From Minisyncoccota bacterium (lineage in GTDB: Bacteria > Patescibacteriota > Minisyncoccia > Phycocordibacterales > Phycocordibacteraceae): a stretch of 64,000 nt of DNA. The notes under the pieces are model-generated. The model was not told where the DNA came from. It did no database searches and saw only the letters and a program-made list of their open reading frames with translations. Location: NCBI GenBank assembly GCA_035627655.1, contig DASPLI010000001.1, forward strand, positions 195,355 to 259,354, written 5' to 3'. Positions 36,353-45,591 of the stretch are shown here, one piece after another. Position numbers and translations under genes: made by a program. The number at the start of each line of letters is the position of its first letter. Within the stretch, counting starts at the first letter, position 1.

Positions 36353-38095
36353 TTATTCGCTCACCGCGCGTAGCACTTCTTCAAGCGAGGTCATACCCTT
36401 TGCCGCCTTATAAATACCGTCCTCAAGCATGGTGAGCATGCCCTCGTTTCGTGCCTGCTCTTCGATCTGTTCGGAGGTTGCGTTTTTCATAATGAGATCG
36501 CGCGTTGCTGAAGAGACAGACAAAATTTCGTGGATGCCGATACGGCTCTTGTATCCAGCGTCATTGTCACCGCCCTTGGGGCGATAAAACGGAATGTCAT
36601 CCAACTTTCCTTTGACCACCTTTTCGTCCGTGAGTGCCTTGAATGCAGCTTCAAAGTTTCTTGTCGGAGCAATCTTCTCTCGCTCCGTCTTTGAGAGTGT
36701 GTACGCCTCCTTTCCGTCAGTGAGTCGACGCACCAGGCGTTGTCCGACCACGATGCGAAGCGTAGACACAAGCAGGAATGGTTCGACGCCCATATCAATA
36801 AGACGCGGAATTGCGCCGGCGGCGGAGTTGGTATGGATGGTCGAGAGCACCAAGTGGCCGGTCAGTGCCGCATTGATTGCAAGTGATGCTGTTTCTCCGT
36901 CGCGAATTTCTCCCACCATGATGATGTCCGGGTCCTGACGCACAAGGGAGCGTAGTCCTGACGCGAAGGTAAAGCCGATGGTCGGATTTACCTGCGTCTG
37001 GTTGATGCGCTTCATCTGGTATTCGATCGGATCTTCAACAGTCGAGATGTTGACGTCCGGCGTATTCAAAATATCGAGAATGGTGTAGAGCGTGGTGGTC
37101 TTACCGGAGCCGGTCGGACCAGAGACAAGAATAAGACCAGTGGTTGCCTTCGTTGCTTTGTGGATGCGTTCCAGCCCCTCGCCGTGGAAGCCAAGCGCCT
37201 CGAGGGTGAAGCCTTCTCCGGTCTCGCGAAGCAGGCGCATGACGATCTTCTCGCCGAAATAGGTCGGCAGAAGCGATACGCGGAAAGACACCTTCTCCCC
37301 TTCCGTTTCCATCTTGAAGCGTCCGTCTTGCGGCAGACGCTTCTCGTCGAGCTTAAGGTTTGCGAGCACCTTGAGGCGCGCAGTAATACCCGGAGCTGCA
37401 ACCTTCGGCAAGGTCATTGCGTCATGGAGGATGCCGTCGATGCGGTAGCGCACAAGTACTTCTGCTTCTGCCGGCTCGATGTGAATGTCGGATGCGCCCT
37501 GCGTGATGGCGTGGCGAAGCAGAGTATCGACGATCTTTACGATCGGAAGATCTTCCGCCATCTTCTTGAGGTCTTCGCCGGACGTCTCGTCTCCCGTGTT
37601 TTCTTTTACCAACGACAGCTTCCCCGCTTCGGTACCGATAATGTCGCCGAATTCTTCTTTGAGGGATTTCTGATACTGCAAAAGCGCGTTCTTGATGGAC
37701 TCTTCGTCCGTCAGGCGCGGCATGATCTTGAGCCCGGTCTTCTTTCTGACCGAGTCGATGGATGGTAGGTCCTCCGTATCAAGCATGGCTACCTCAAGGC
37801 AGTCGCTACCGCGTCTGAAGGCAATGATGCTGTGCGTGCGTGCGATTGGTTCGGGAATAAGGGAGAGCACCTCAAGCGGGATCTTCTCGTCTTTGAGGTT
37901 CACAAATGGAATACCAAGCACGTATGCCTTGATGCGGCGGAGCGCATCTGGAGAAATAAGGCCCTGCGCAAGCAGCACGTCTCCGATGGACTGCTTCTTT
38001 TCCTGCGCTTCAACCTCTGCCGCTTCCACATCTTTGCGGGAGACGACGCCCGAGTCGAGGATGAATGCCTTCAAATCTTTCTCTGAGACTTTCAT
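36353..38095 (-). CDS. pilB: type IV pilus assembly ATPase PilB (GspE family)
   Basis: N-terminal GspE_N-like domain. Walker A LVSGPTGSGKTTTLY, Asp box, Walker B and His box. Zn tetracysteine absent. Confidence 0.85.
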   Translation of the reverse strand: MKVSEKDLKAFILDSGVVSRKDVEAAEVEAQEKKQSIGDVLLAQGLISPDALRRIKAYVLGIPFVNLKDEKIPLEVLSLIPEPIARTHSIIAFRRGSDCLEVAMLDTEDLPSIDSVRKKTGLKIMPRLTDEESIKNALLQYQKSLKEEFGDIIGTEAGKLSLVKENTGDETSGEDLKKMAEDLPIVKIVDTLLRHAITQGASDIHIEPAEAEVLVRYRIDGILHDAMTLPKVAAPGITARLKVLANLKLDEKRLPQDGRFKMETEGEKVSFRVSLLPTYFGEKIVMRLLRETGEGFTLEALGFHGEGLERIHKATKATTGLILVSGPTGSGKTTTLYTILDILNTPDVNISTVEDPIEYQMKRINQTQVNPTIGFTFASGLRSLVRQDPDIIMVGEIRDGETASLAINAALTGHLVLSTIHTNSAAGAIPRLIDMGVEPFLLVSTLRIVVGQRLVRRLTDGKEAYTLSKTEREKIAPTRNFEAAFKALTDEKVVKGKLDDIPFYRPKGGDNDAGYKSRIGIHEILSVSSATRDLIMKNATSEQIEEQARNEGMLTMLEDGIYKAAKGMTSLEEVLRAVSE

Positions 38096-38146
38096 GACTT
38101 ACATAAGTATAACGCGCCGACACGAGTGTGTCGGCGCGTTTGGTGG

Positions 38147-38668
38147 CTAGCCAAGACCTATCTTTGCTTTGAGTGCGTCTCGAATAGCAAAGAGCAGTTC
38201 TTCTGGCGGCTCGTACTTCTCGTACGGCGCGTAGTTTTTCCCGAACCGGTAATCCGGGAATGCGCGACCGCCAAATTCAGGCGCGGCTTCGTAGCGCGGG
38301 ATCAGGTGCATATGTCCATGGCCGCGATGAAGGTGAAATTCATTTCCGAGCCAGGCATAGTTCACGAAGTCCGAGCCCCAGAGCGTCTTCACGGCAGCCG
38401 AGTAGCGAGCCATGAGATCTTGCAGTTTCTCTGACTCCTCGGTGTAGAGGTCTTCGAGTCGGTGAAAGTCTTCGTGCCGAGCCGCCAGCCACGCATAGGC
38501 TCGGCCGAGGTACCGTTGGTCAGCGGCAAGATACAGGCGCCAGGGCCCATACTCACAGATGACCAGGTGGCGAAACTTCGATGAGTCGAGCAGTTCTCGA
38601 TGCTCTTCCGGGGTCAGAGGTGCCAGTTTGACCATGTCGGTCCTTTCCTTATATAGCTTCCGCAGCAA
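38147..38668 (-). CDS. HIT-like superfamily protein
   Basis: Histidine-triad-like FHLHRGHGHMHLIPRY near the C-terminus, not otherwise assignable. Confidence 0.4.
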   Translation of the reverse strand: MLRKLYKERTDMVKLAPLTPEEHRELLDSSKFRHLVICEYGPWRLYLAADQRYLGRAYAWLAARHEDFHRLEDLYTEESEKLQDLMARYSAAVKTLWGSDFVNYAWLGNEFHLHRGHGHMHLIPRYEAAPEFGGRAFPDYRFGKNYAPYEKYEPPEELLFAIRDALKAKIGLG

Positions 38669-38777
38669 CCTTACCCTCAGGGCTTCATTGACGCAACAGC
38701 CCTCCTATGGTACATTTTTGGTACCTGAAATGTCCGCACCCGCGGACCTTTCTTTTAGACAGACATACACAATCCAT

Positions 38778-40100
38778 ATGCTAGACCTTAAAACCATTCA
38801 GTCCGTGCTCGGTGAATTCGAGGATCGGGGTATCTCTAAGGAGACCATGATCGACGCTATCGAAAGCGCGATGGCGACTGCGTATAAGAAGGAATACGGC
38901 AAGCGCGGCCAGGTCGTGCGTGCCAAGCTCGACATGAACACGGGCTCTGTCACCTTCGAACAGGTGAAGACCGTCGTCGACGACACCATGGTCCGCTTCC
39001 CGGAAGAAGGAGAAGAGGAGGAAGTCGATACACATCCGTTCCGCGAGCACGAGGAAGTGCCGGAAGGTGAACTTCCTCGCTACGACGCTGAGAAGCACAT
39101 CCTCCTTGAGGATGCTCGCCGCATTTCCCGCTCTGCAGAACTCGGTAGCGAGATTGTCTTCCCGCTCGAGCCGCAGGACGATTTCGGACGCATTGCTGCA
39201 CAGACCGCAAAGCAGGTCGTCATTCAGAAGATCCGCGAAGCGGAGAAGCTCTCCATTCTCGATGAGTTCGCTCACAAGAAGGGCGAGATCGTGTCCGGTA
39301 TTGTGCAGCGCGTTGAGCGCGGTTCCCTCTTCATCGATTTGGGACGCGCAACCGGCATGATTCCGTACGAGGAGCAGATTCCGGGTGAGCGTTTCCGTCC
39401 GGGCGAGCGCATTCGCGCGTACCTCGGCGCAGTCGATGAAGGATTCCGCGGCGTGTATCTCCGTCTCTCCCGCGCCAACCCGAAGTTCGTCGTCAAACTC
39501 TTCGAGCTTGAAGCTCCCGAGCTTGCTTCTGGCGCAATCGAAGTGAAGAACATTGCGCGTGAACCGGGTGCGCGCACCAAGATCGCAATTGCGTCTCTCG
39601 ATCCGCATGTCGATCCAGTCGGCTCGCTTGTTGGTCAGCGCGGCGTGCGCGTCTCAACCGTGATGGGCGAGCTTGGCGGTGAGCGCATCGACATTATTGA
39701 ATGGTCGGAAGATGCGAAGGCATTCATTAAAGAAGCGCTCTCACCAGCAAGCGTGCTTGAAGTAGAGCTTGATGAAGCCGAGCATCGCGCGATGGTAACG
39801 GTCTCTGAAGATCAGCAGTCGCTTGCCATTGGTCGCGGCGGCCAGAATGTTCGCCTCGCGGCAAAGCTCACGGGCTGGAACATCGACATCAAGTCGACCG
39901 GCGGTCCTGCAGTTGAAGCAACTCCAGACGATGCCGAGACTCCGTCTCAGGAAGCACACATCACACCGGAAGAACTTCCCGCTGAAATCGTGGAAGAAGT
40001 GAAGCCGGAAGAAACAACGCTTCCTGCAGAAGAAGAGCTTGCACTTACTGACGATAATGAATCCGTTGCAGACGCAAAAGAAGCGCGCGACGAAGCCTAA
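38778..40100 (+). CDS. nusA: transcription termination/antitermination factor NusA
   Basis: N-terminal MLDLKTIQSVLGEFEDRGISKETMIDAIESA, S1 and tandem KH regions (…IGRGGQNVRLAAKLTGW…), acidic tail. Start trimmed to the ATG at 38778. Confidence 0.85.
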   Translation: MLDLKTIQSVLGEFEDRGISKETMIDAIESAMATAYKKEYGKRGQVVRAKLDMNTGSVTFEQVKTVVDDTMVRFPEEGEEEEVDTHPFREHEEVPEGELPRYDAEKHILLEDARRISRSAELGSEIVFPLEPQDDFGRIAAQTAKQVVIQKIREAEKLSILDEFAHKKGEIVSGIVQRVERGSLFIDLGRATGMIPYEEQIPGERFRPGERIRAYLGAVDEGFRGVYLRLSRANPKFVVKLFELEAPELASGAIEVKNIAREPGARTKIAIASLDPHVDPVGSLVGQRGVRVSTVMGELGGERIDIIEWSEDAKAFIKEALSPASVLEVELDEAEHRAMVTVSEDQQSLAIGRGGQNVRLAAKLTGWNIDIKSTGGPAVEATPDDAETPSQEAHITPEELPAEIVEEVKPEETTLPAEEELALTDDNESVADAKEARDEA

Positions 40101-40112
40101 CGCTCACCAACC

Positions 40113-40640
40113 ATGCATCTCTACGATATCGATCCGGGTACCAAGGAAGAAATGAACGTCATTATCGAAGTGCCGAAAGGTTCTTCGAACAAGTACGAGC
40201 TTGATAAGGATACGGGCCTGATCGCGCTTGATCGCGCAAACTATTCGTCTGCGCCGTATCCCTGCGAGTACGGCTTCGTGCCGCGCACGCTTGCGGATGA
40301 TGGTGACGCGCTTGATGTGCTTGTGCTCGCCACCTATCCCCTGCTCCCGGGTGTCTTGGTAAAAGCTCGTCCGGTTGCATTCATGGATATGGTTGATACG
40401 GGTGAAGCAGATCCGAAAGTGATTGTCGTGCCGGTGCACGATAAGCGCTGGGACGACGTGCAGGACCTTAAGGACATCAACCAACACACGCTTCGCGAAC
40501 TCAAGCACTTCTTCGAAACGTATAAACATCTCAAGGGTGAAGACGCATCGAAGTACAAAGTAGAAATCCCTGGCTTTAAGGGAAAGGCCGAAGCGGAAGC
40601 TGCGTTTGAAAAAGCAGTCGCCGCCTACCAGGCAAAGTAA
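40113..40640 (+). CDS. ppa: inorganic pyrophosphatase (family I)
   Basis: NVIIEVPKGSSNKYE…DGDALDVLVL…VDTGEADPKVIVV signature. Confidence 0.85.
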   Translation: MHLYDIDPGTKEEMNVIIEVPKGSSNKYELDKDTGLIALDRANYSSAPYPCEYGFVPRTLADDGDALDVLVLATYPLLPGVLVKARPVAFMDMVDTGEADPKVIVVPVHDKRWDDVQDLKDINQHTLRELKHFFETYKHLKGEDASKYKVEIPGFKGKAEAEAAFEKAVAAYQAK

Positions 40641-40659
40641 GAACGTGCGTGAAACAACC

Positions 40660-40688
40660 AAGCCCCGGAATGGGGCTTTGTTGTTATA
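40660..40688 (+). terminator. rho-independent terminator
   Basis: AGCCCCggaatGGGGCTttgttgtt. Confidence 0.55.
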
Positions 40689-40701
40689 CTCTCAAGCACG
40701 T

Positions 40702-40974
40702 ATGGATACTGGAACCACAACACCGCCGACGCTTCCGACGGTCGACACTGCTCCTGTAGCGCCGCCGGTATTTGTCCCAAGCATTTCCCAGCCGCCTCCG
40801 GCGCAACCACCGGTTTCCTCAGTACCGCCCGCAAAACAGCATCGATCGTTTGGACCAACCTTCGGTGCGATCGTCATACTCCTTATTATTGTCGTCGGCG
40901 CACTCTATATGTGGGGTGCACACATTGCACAAGAGCAAGGCACTTCCGTGCCTGTGGAACACGAGAGCGAATAA
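40702..40974 (+). CDS. small Pro-rich protein with C-terminal TM anchor
   Basis: MDTGTTTPPTLPT…PPAQPP… then AIVILLIIVVGALYMW. 90 aa from the ATG at 40702. Confidence 0.35.
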   Translation: MDTGTTTPPTLPTVDTAPVAPPVFVPSISQPPPAQPPVSSVPPAKQHRSFGPTFGAIVILLIIVVGALYMWGAHIAQEQGTSVPVEHESE

Positions 40975-41053
40975 GGCAGAAACATAGACACGTTCAAGCA
41001 GAAACATGCATGAGACGAGCGGGAACTTTGTTCAAGCTTCGTTTTCTGATAGG

Positions 41054-41662
41054 ATGCGCCGTATGAAACCTTCTACCAAGTCCATGCTTGTTCCGATGGT
41101 CGTTGAGAAGACGCCGTTTGGCGAGCGCGGGTACGACATTTATTCCCGGCTCCTCAAAGACCGCATTATCTTCCTCGGCGGTCCGATCGAAGACGACATG
41201 GCGAATACCATCATCGCGCAGCTCCTCTTTCTTGAATCGGAGGATCCAAAAAAAGACATTTCGCTCTATGTGAACTCGCCCGGCGGCTCAGTTACCGCAG
41301 GCCTCGCCATCGTTGACGCGATGAATCACATCAAGCCAGCGGTCTCAACCGTTTGTGTCGGTATTGCCGCATCTGCTGCAGCAGTGATTCTTGCGTCTGG
41401 GGAAAAGGGCAAACGCTATGCGCTCCCGAATGCGGAAGTGATGATCCATCAGCCATGGGGTGGCGCGCAGGGACAGGCAACCGATATTGAAATTACCGCC
41501 AAGCACATCCTTGCAACGCGCGATCGTCTGAATAAGATTCTTGCAAAGGCAACCGGACAGCCGCTTGAAAAAATTGAGAAGGACGTCGATCGTGATTACT
41601 TCATGATGGCTGACGAAGCAAAGAAATACGGCCTCGTCGATACGGTATTCAAGAACAAGTAA
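41054..41662 (+). CDS. clpP: ATP-dependent Clp protease proteolytic subunit
   Basis: [24 protein letters not shown]…[18 protein letters not shown]…catalytic Ser in [11 protein letters not shown], His in MIHQP. Confidence 0.85.
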   Translation: MRRMKPSTKSMLVPMVVEKTPFGERGYDIYSRLLKDRIIFLGGPIEDDMANTIIAQLLFLESEDPKKDISLYVNSPGGSVTAGLAIVDAMNHIKPAVSTVCVGIAASAAAVILASGEKGKRYALPNAEVMIHQPWGGAQGQATDIEITAKHILATRDRLNKILAKATGQPLEKIEKDVDRDYFMMADEAKKYGLVDTVFKNK

Positions 41663-41676
41663 GAAAAAAGAGAAGA

Positions 41677-41706
41677 CGGCGCGGATCATGAATCCGCGCC
41701 GTTTCG
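41677..41706. terminator. bidirectional rho-independent terminator
   Basis: GGCGCGGATcatgaATCCGCGCCgtttcg. Confidence 0.55.
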
Positions 41707-41708
41707 CG

Positions 41709-42320
41709 TTAGCGTACAAACGACTTGCGTCGCAGCAGCTGTCGCAGTTTATCCGGCTCGCCCGTCCCCCGCTTCCGCTTGGTCGGCTGGTAGCAGAGAC
41801 GTGCGTGATCCGCGCAGTAAGGACCATGCGTCTGGCCGCGTCCACAAAACGCGAAGTCCTTCTGGTCAGGATCACCGATTGGAAACTTGCACATCGATTC
41901 GTTGATCGTCAGCACGCTTGCCGGCGCCCCGTCTTCAAACCGCACTGGTTCGAGTTCTGGAATCACGGCTGGTGTTGGCGGTCGTTCGATGTAGGTTCGT
42001 GGCTGCACGCGACGCGCGGCGACAGCTGAACGGTTTGCGCGCGGACGCGCTGGCCGTACGATGTTGTTCGCCTTGAACTTCGCGAGCACTTCGGCACCGT
42101 CTGCGTATCGATCTTTGATTACTTTCGATAGGCGCGGACGATGCAGGGCTCCAAGGACCACGCTTCGCGTGATTTCCTTGAAGCGGTCGCTTGAGGGACG
42201 AAACTTTCGGTCGAGCTGTCGTGCGACAGCGCTCGCGGATGAACATGCTTTCGCCGCTTGATAGAAAGCTTCGATGCAGTCATCTCGTTTGGCGTCCCAG
42301 CGAGGTAGCACTGTTTCCAT
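41709..42320 (-). CDS. GcrA-like cell-cycle-regulator-family protein
   Basis: N-terminal W-x-x-x-R…-S-A-S-x-V/I-A segment (WDAKRDDCIEAFYQAAKACSSASAVARQL…GALHR) and C-terminal CKFPIGDPDQKDFAFCGRGQTHGPYCADHARLCYQP, matching the conserved GcrA C-terminal Cys motif. Confidence 0.55.
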   Translation of the reverse strand: METVLPRWDAKRDDCIEAFYQAAKACSSASAVARQLDRKFRPSSDRFKEITRSVVLGALHRPRLSKVIKDRYADGAEVLAKFKANNIVRPARPRANRSAVAARRVQPRTYIERPPTPAVIPELEPVRFEDGAPASVLTINESMCKFPIGDPDQKDFAFCGRGQTHGPYCADHARLCYQPTKRKRGTGEPDKLRQLLRRKSFVR

Positions 42321-42534
42321 ATCTACTCCCCTATGTAATGTGCTCCTACCCATAGATATACTCCTACACCACGCTCTCGTCTATCGGGATAATACTTCGC
42401 TACGCATACAAAATAAGTCAATGTGCTATACTCCGCCCATCGGCAACGACTGCACGTCCTGTAACGACTGAACTGCCGCCGATATTCCTTCGTCATACGT
42501 GCGCTTAATAACCGGTGCGTTGTAGTGAACAAGT

Positions 42535-44064
42535 ATGTCTATAAAGCTTGTACTCACCCTTCTAGCCTTCTCCGGTCTTGCCGGGATCGCGCTTGGCTAC
42601 GTCCTTCGTATGCTGATCGCGCTCTCGCAGCGAGGCTCCCTGGAAATTGAGGTGAAGCAAAAGATGCTTGAGGCCCGCGAGAAGGCGGCGCACATCGAGC
42701 GAGAAGCGGAGGCCCGCGCTGACGCCATTGAGGCGGAGCGCCTCGGCCCCCTGCTTGAACGTGAAGAACGTCTTGAAAAGAACGAAGATCGCCTCGCGAA
42801 ACGAGAAGAATTTCTCGATGAGCGCGAGCGCAATCTTGCCGACGAATCCGAGCGCGTAAAGACGCGTGAAAACGAAGCCGCAAACCTGAAGAAGGAGGCG
42901 GAGAACGTCCTTAAGGAGCGTCGGGCGGAGTTGGTGCGCATCTCAGGGCTTTCAGAGGTAGAAGCGGAGAAGCGTCTTATTAAAGAGGTGGAGCACGCAA
43001 CCGAAGAAGCGGTTCTTGCCCGCATGCAGAAACTGGAGGCGCATGGTACTGCGCAGCTTGAGGAAAAAGCACGCTCCATTCTCCTCTCTATTATTCATCG
43101 CATGGGCAATGCGGTGAACGCAGAGGTGATGACCCTCTCGATCCAGATTCCGTCTGAAGAGATCAAAGGCAAGATCATCGGCAAGGAGGGTCGCAACATC
43201 AAAGCGTTTGAGCGAGCGACCGGCGTCGACGTCATCATCGATGACGCGCCGGACAAGATTACACTTTCGTCGTTTGATCCCTTGCGTCGTCATGTTGCCA
43301 AACTCGCGCTTGAGCGCCTGATCACTGACGGGCGCATCCAGCCTGCAAAGATCGAGGAAGTTGTCGAGAAGGCGCGCGAAGAGATCAATGATCTCGTGAA
43401 GCAAAAGGGCGAGGCAGCCTGTTACGAGGTTGGGCTCGTCGGTCTTGATCCGAAGTTGATCGCACTCCTTGGCCGACTCTACTTCCGCACGAGCTACGGC
43501 CAGAATGTTCTGCAGCACTCCATCGAGATGGCGCATCTTGCCGGCATGCTTGCGGCAGAGCTTGGTGCTGACGTGCAGATAGCAAAAGCAGGCGCCCTCC
43601 TCCATGACATCGGCAAGGCCGTTGATCATGAGGTGACGGGTACGCACGTGGATATTGGCCGACGACTCCTTGAGAAGTTCGGCATCGACAAGCGCGTTAT
43701 CCAAGCTATGCAGTCGCATCATGAGGAGTATCCGTACGAAACACCGGAATCGGTCATCGTGCAGGTGGCAGACGCCATCTCCGGCGGACGACCCGGTGCG
43801 CGTCGCGATACGGTAGAGCGCTACCTCGAACGACTGGGAGATCTTGAGCGTGTCGCCAAGAGCTTTGATGGCGTTGAGAAGGTCTATGCCATTCAAGCCG
43901 GCCGCGAGATTCGCATCTTCGTGAATCCGGGCAAGGTATCGGATCTTGCCATGCATAAACTTGCGCGCGATATAGCTAAGCGCGTGCAGGAAGAGCTGAA
44001 GTATCCAGGAGAAATTAAAGTGAACGTCATACGCGAGAACCGCGTCGTGGAGTTTGCCAGGTAG
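42535..44064 (+). CDS. rny: ribonuclease Y
   Basis: N-terminal TM, long coiled coil, KH domain (IIGKEGRNIKAFE), HD domain (HSIEMAHLAG…LLHDIGK). Confidence 0.85.
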   Translation: MSIKLVLTLLAFSGLAGIALGYVLRMLIALSQRGSLEIEVKQKMLEAREKAAHIEREAEARADAIEAERLGPLLEREERLEKNEDRLAKREEFLDERERNLADESERVKTRENEAANLKKEAENVLKERRAELVRISGLSEVEAEKRLIKEVEHATEEAVLARMQKLEAHGTAQLEEKARSILLSIIHRMGNAVNAEVMTLSIQIPSEEIKGKIIGKEGRNIKAFERATGVDVIIDDAPDKITLSSFDPLRRHVAKLALERLITDGRIQPAKIEEVVEKAREEINDLVKQKGEAACYEVGLVGLDPKLIALLGRLYFRTSYGQNVLQHSIEMAHLAGMLAAELGADVQIAKAGALLHDIGKAVDHEVTGTHVDIGRRLLEKFGIDKRVIQAMQSHHEEYPYETPESVIVQVADAISGGRPGARRDTVERYLERLGDLERVAKSFDGVEKVYAIQAGREIRIFVNPGKVSDLAMHKLARDIAKRVQEELKYPGEIKVNVIRENRVVEFAR

Positions 44065-44066
44065 CG

Positions 44067-44097
44067 AAAAGGCCCGGAACGAATCCCGGGCCTTTTA
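44067..44097 (+). terminator. rho-independent terminator
   Basis: aaaaGGCCCGGaacgaatCCCGGGCCtttt. Confidence 0.7.
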
Positions 44098-44099
44098 CG

Positions 44100-44429
44100 T
44101 CAGCGAATGACGTCAGCGCGCAACCCAATAAAGAAATCCTGCACAAACGTTTGTCCGGTAGAGATGTAAAACGCGATCCACATCGGCACGAGAATGCCGA
44201 CGCTGATCACGAGCGGGAAAATCCCTACCAGTGCAGCAAGTTCAAGGTTTCTGTTACTGAGTATGGCAAGACCCACAACCATGGCGATGCCGCACAGGGC
44301 GGATACGACCAGAATGGCGGGCAGTGTGAGGAACGTTCCTGCGAGGATGCCGAAGAGTGCCGGCACACCCCACATCAGAAGTGGGTACATGTAGTCCTGA
44401 TCTCCTTCTTGAAGCCGTAGCGCATACAA
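44100..44429 (-). CDS. hypothetical small membrane protein
   Basis: Three TM helices in 109 aa. Confidence 0.35.
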   Translation of the reverse strand: MYALRLQEGDQDYMYPLLMWGVPALFGILAGTFLTLPAILVVSALCGIAMVVGLAILSNRNLELAALVGIFPLVISVGILVPMWIAFYISTGQTFVQDFFIGLRADVIR

Positions 44430-44837
44430 ACACAGAAGATGTGTACTAGCAAGTATTCATTGACCCTCATCAATTTTCGTGGTACAGAAAGTCACTTTGC
44501 CAATGGTGGCAGGGTTGTTCTTTGAAAGAGGAACACAGCAATGAGCAGTAAGAGAGCTCAGGCCCCGCGGAATCTCAAGGTCACCGCGTCGGTCGTGGCT
44601 ATCGTGGGTGGGGAGCGTCCTTTCGCTGTCACCTACCCCTCGAAGCGGTCCGTCGGCGGAAAGCTTCGTGAGCATACAAGCATTACCTTCTCGCTCTCCA
44701 GCTGGCGCGGCAAAGACCGTCCCCAGTGCGGACAGATGGTGGTGCTTGAGGACATACTCTTGTTTAAGAGAGGATGGCGCGCCCGCGTGGCGTACCCCAT
44801 CTCCCTCTCGAACACTCAGCAGTAGCAGGAGGACGGT

Positions 44838-45578
44838 ATGAAACCGTTTCAAGGCTCTACGCAAGAATGCTTCGCGCATTTTGCCGAGCAGCTTGCAAGT
44901 GACTACGAATACCATCGGAAACGAAAGGTGTTCGCCGCTACCGTGCACGTTACCGACGGCACCGTCCAGCGTTGGTTTTCCCAAAACGGGTTACCCATGG
45001 GCGAGGCACTCGTGCGTGTCCGGTACTACCTCGACTTCCTCGGCTACGCTGTTGCTGAGGTACAAGAACTGCCAGAGGCGATCCGCACCGTGGGTCACCT
45101 GATTACGTTCGACGTCCTTTCGGTTGCTGATGTGGCCGGTTCTACCGGTTACGAAGGCGTGCCGAAAAACAATGTCGACCAGGTGATCGCCGTTTTGTGC
45201 GGTCGTCGCGGCGTCTCGGAAGAAAAGTTCGCGCTTTACAGCGAGCTTGCTCGCGTCAACCGGAAACGGCTGACGCAACGGCAGCAGGCAGTTGAAAAAG
45301 TCGTGAGCTTCGAACAGGGACACTGCCCTACGGAACCGGAGTCATTTCCGACCGCGAGGCCTGAGAGCGATTCGCACCGCAAGGTGATCATCGAATCGTT
45401 CGTTCACTCGGTGGAAGCAATTCTGCCGCTCGCCGAAGACGTGTTGTCTGATGGCTTCACCGCCGCGGACCGCGCGAAGGTGCGAGATTTGGTTGGGAGC
45501 GGCATTTCCCGTCTCTCCAACCTGCTCACCCAATTGACGAGCGAGGGTGCGAGAAACACCCTCAAGAAACAGCAGTAG
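44838..45578 (+). CDS. hypothetical protein with two XRE-like HTH-like segments
   Basis: Segments ATVHVTDGTVQRWFSQNGLPMGEALVRVRYYL and DVLSVADVAGSTGYEGVPKNNVDQVIAVL fit an HTH_3-like pattern. The next gene starts 11 nt after its stop. Confidence 0.45.
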   Translation: MKPFQGSTQECFAHFAEQLASDYEYHRKRKVFAATVHVTDGTVQRWFSQNGLPMGEALVRVRYYLDFLGYAVAEVQELPEAIRTVGHLITFDVLSVADVAGSTGYEGVPKNNVDQVIAVLCGRRGVSEEKFALYSELARVNRKRLTQRQQAVEKVVSFEQGHCPTEPESFPTARPESDSHRKVIIESFVHSVEAILPLAEDVLSDGFTAADRAKVRDLVGSGISRLSNLLTQLTSEGARNTLKKQQ

Positions 45579-45591
45579 AAAGGTGTCCGCT

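Noticed and set aside
38559-38777. N-terminal extension of the nusA ORF
   Set aside because: It overlaps the convergent HIT-like gene and precedes the conserved NusA N-terminus. The ATG at 38778 fits homologues.
44095-44118. Direct repeat ACGTCAGCG-aatg-ACGTCAGCG containing a TGACGTCA palindrome
   Set aside because: It is immediately after the rny terminator and overlaps the stop region of the small membrane-protein ORF. It is too short and isolated to interpret, and is likely fortuitous.
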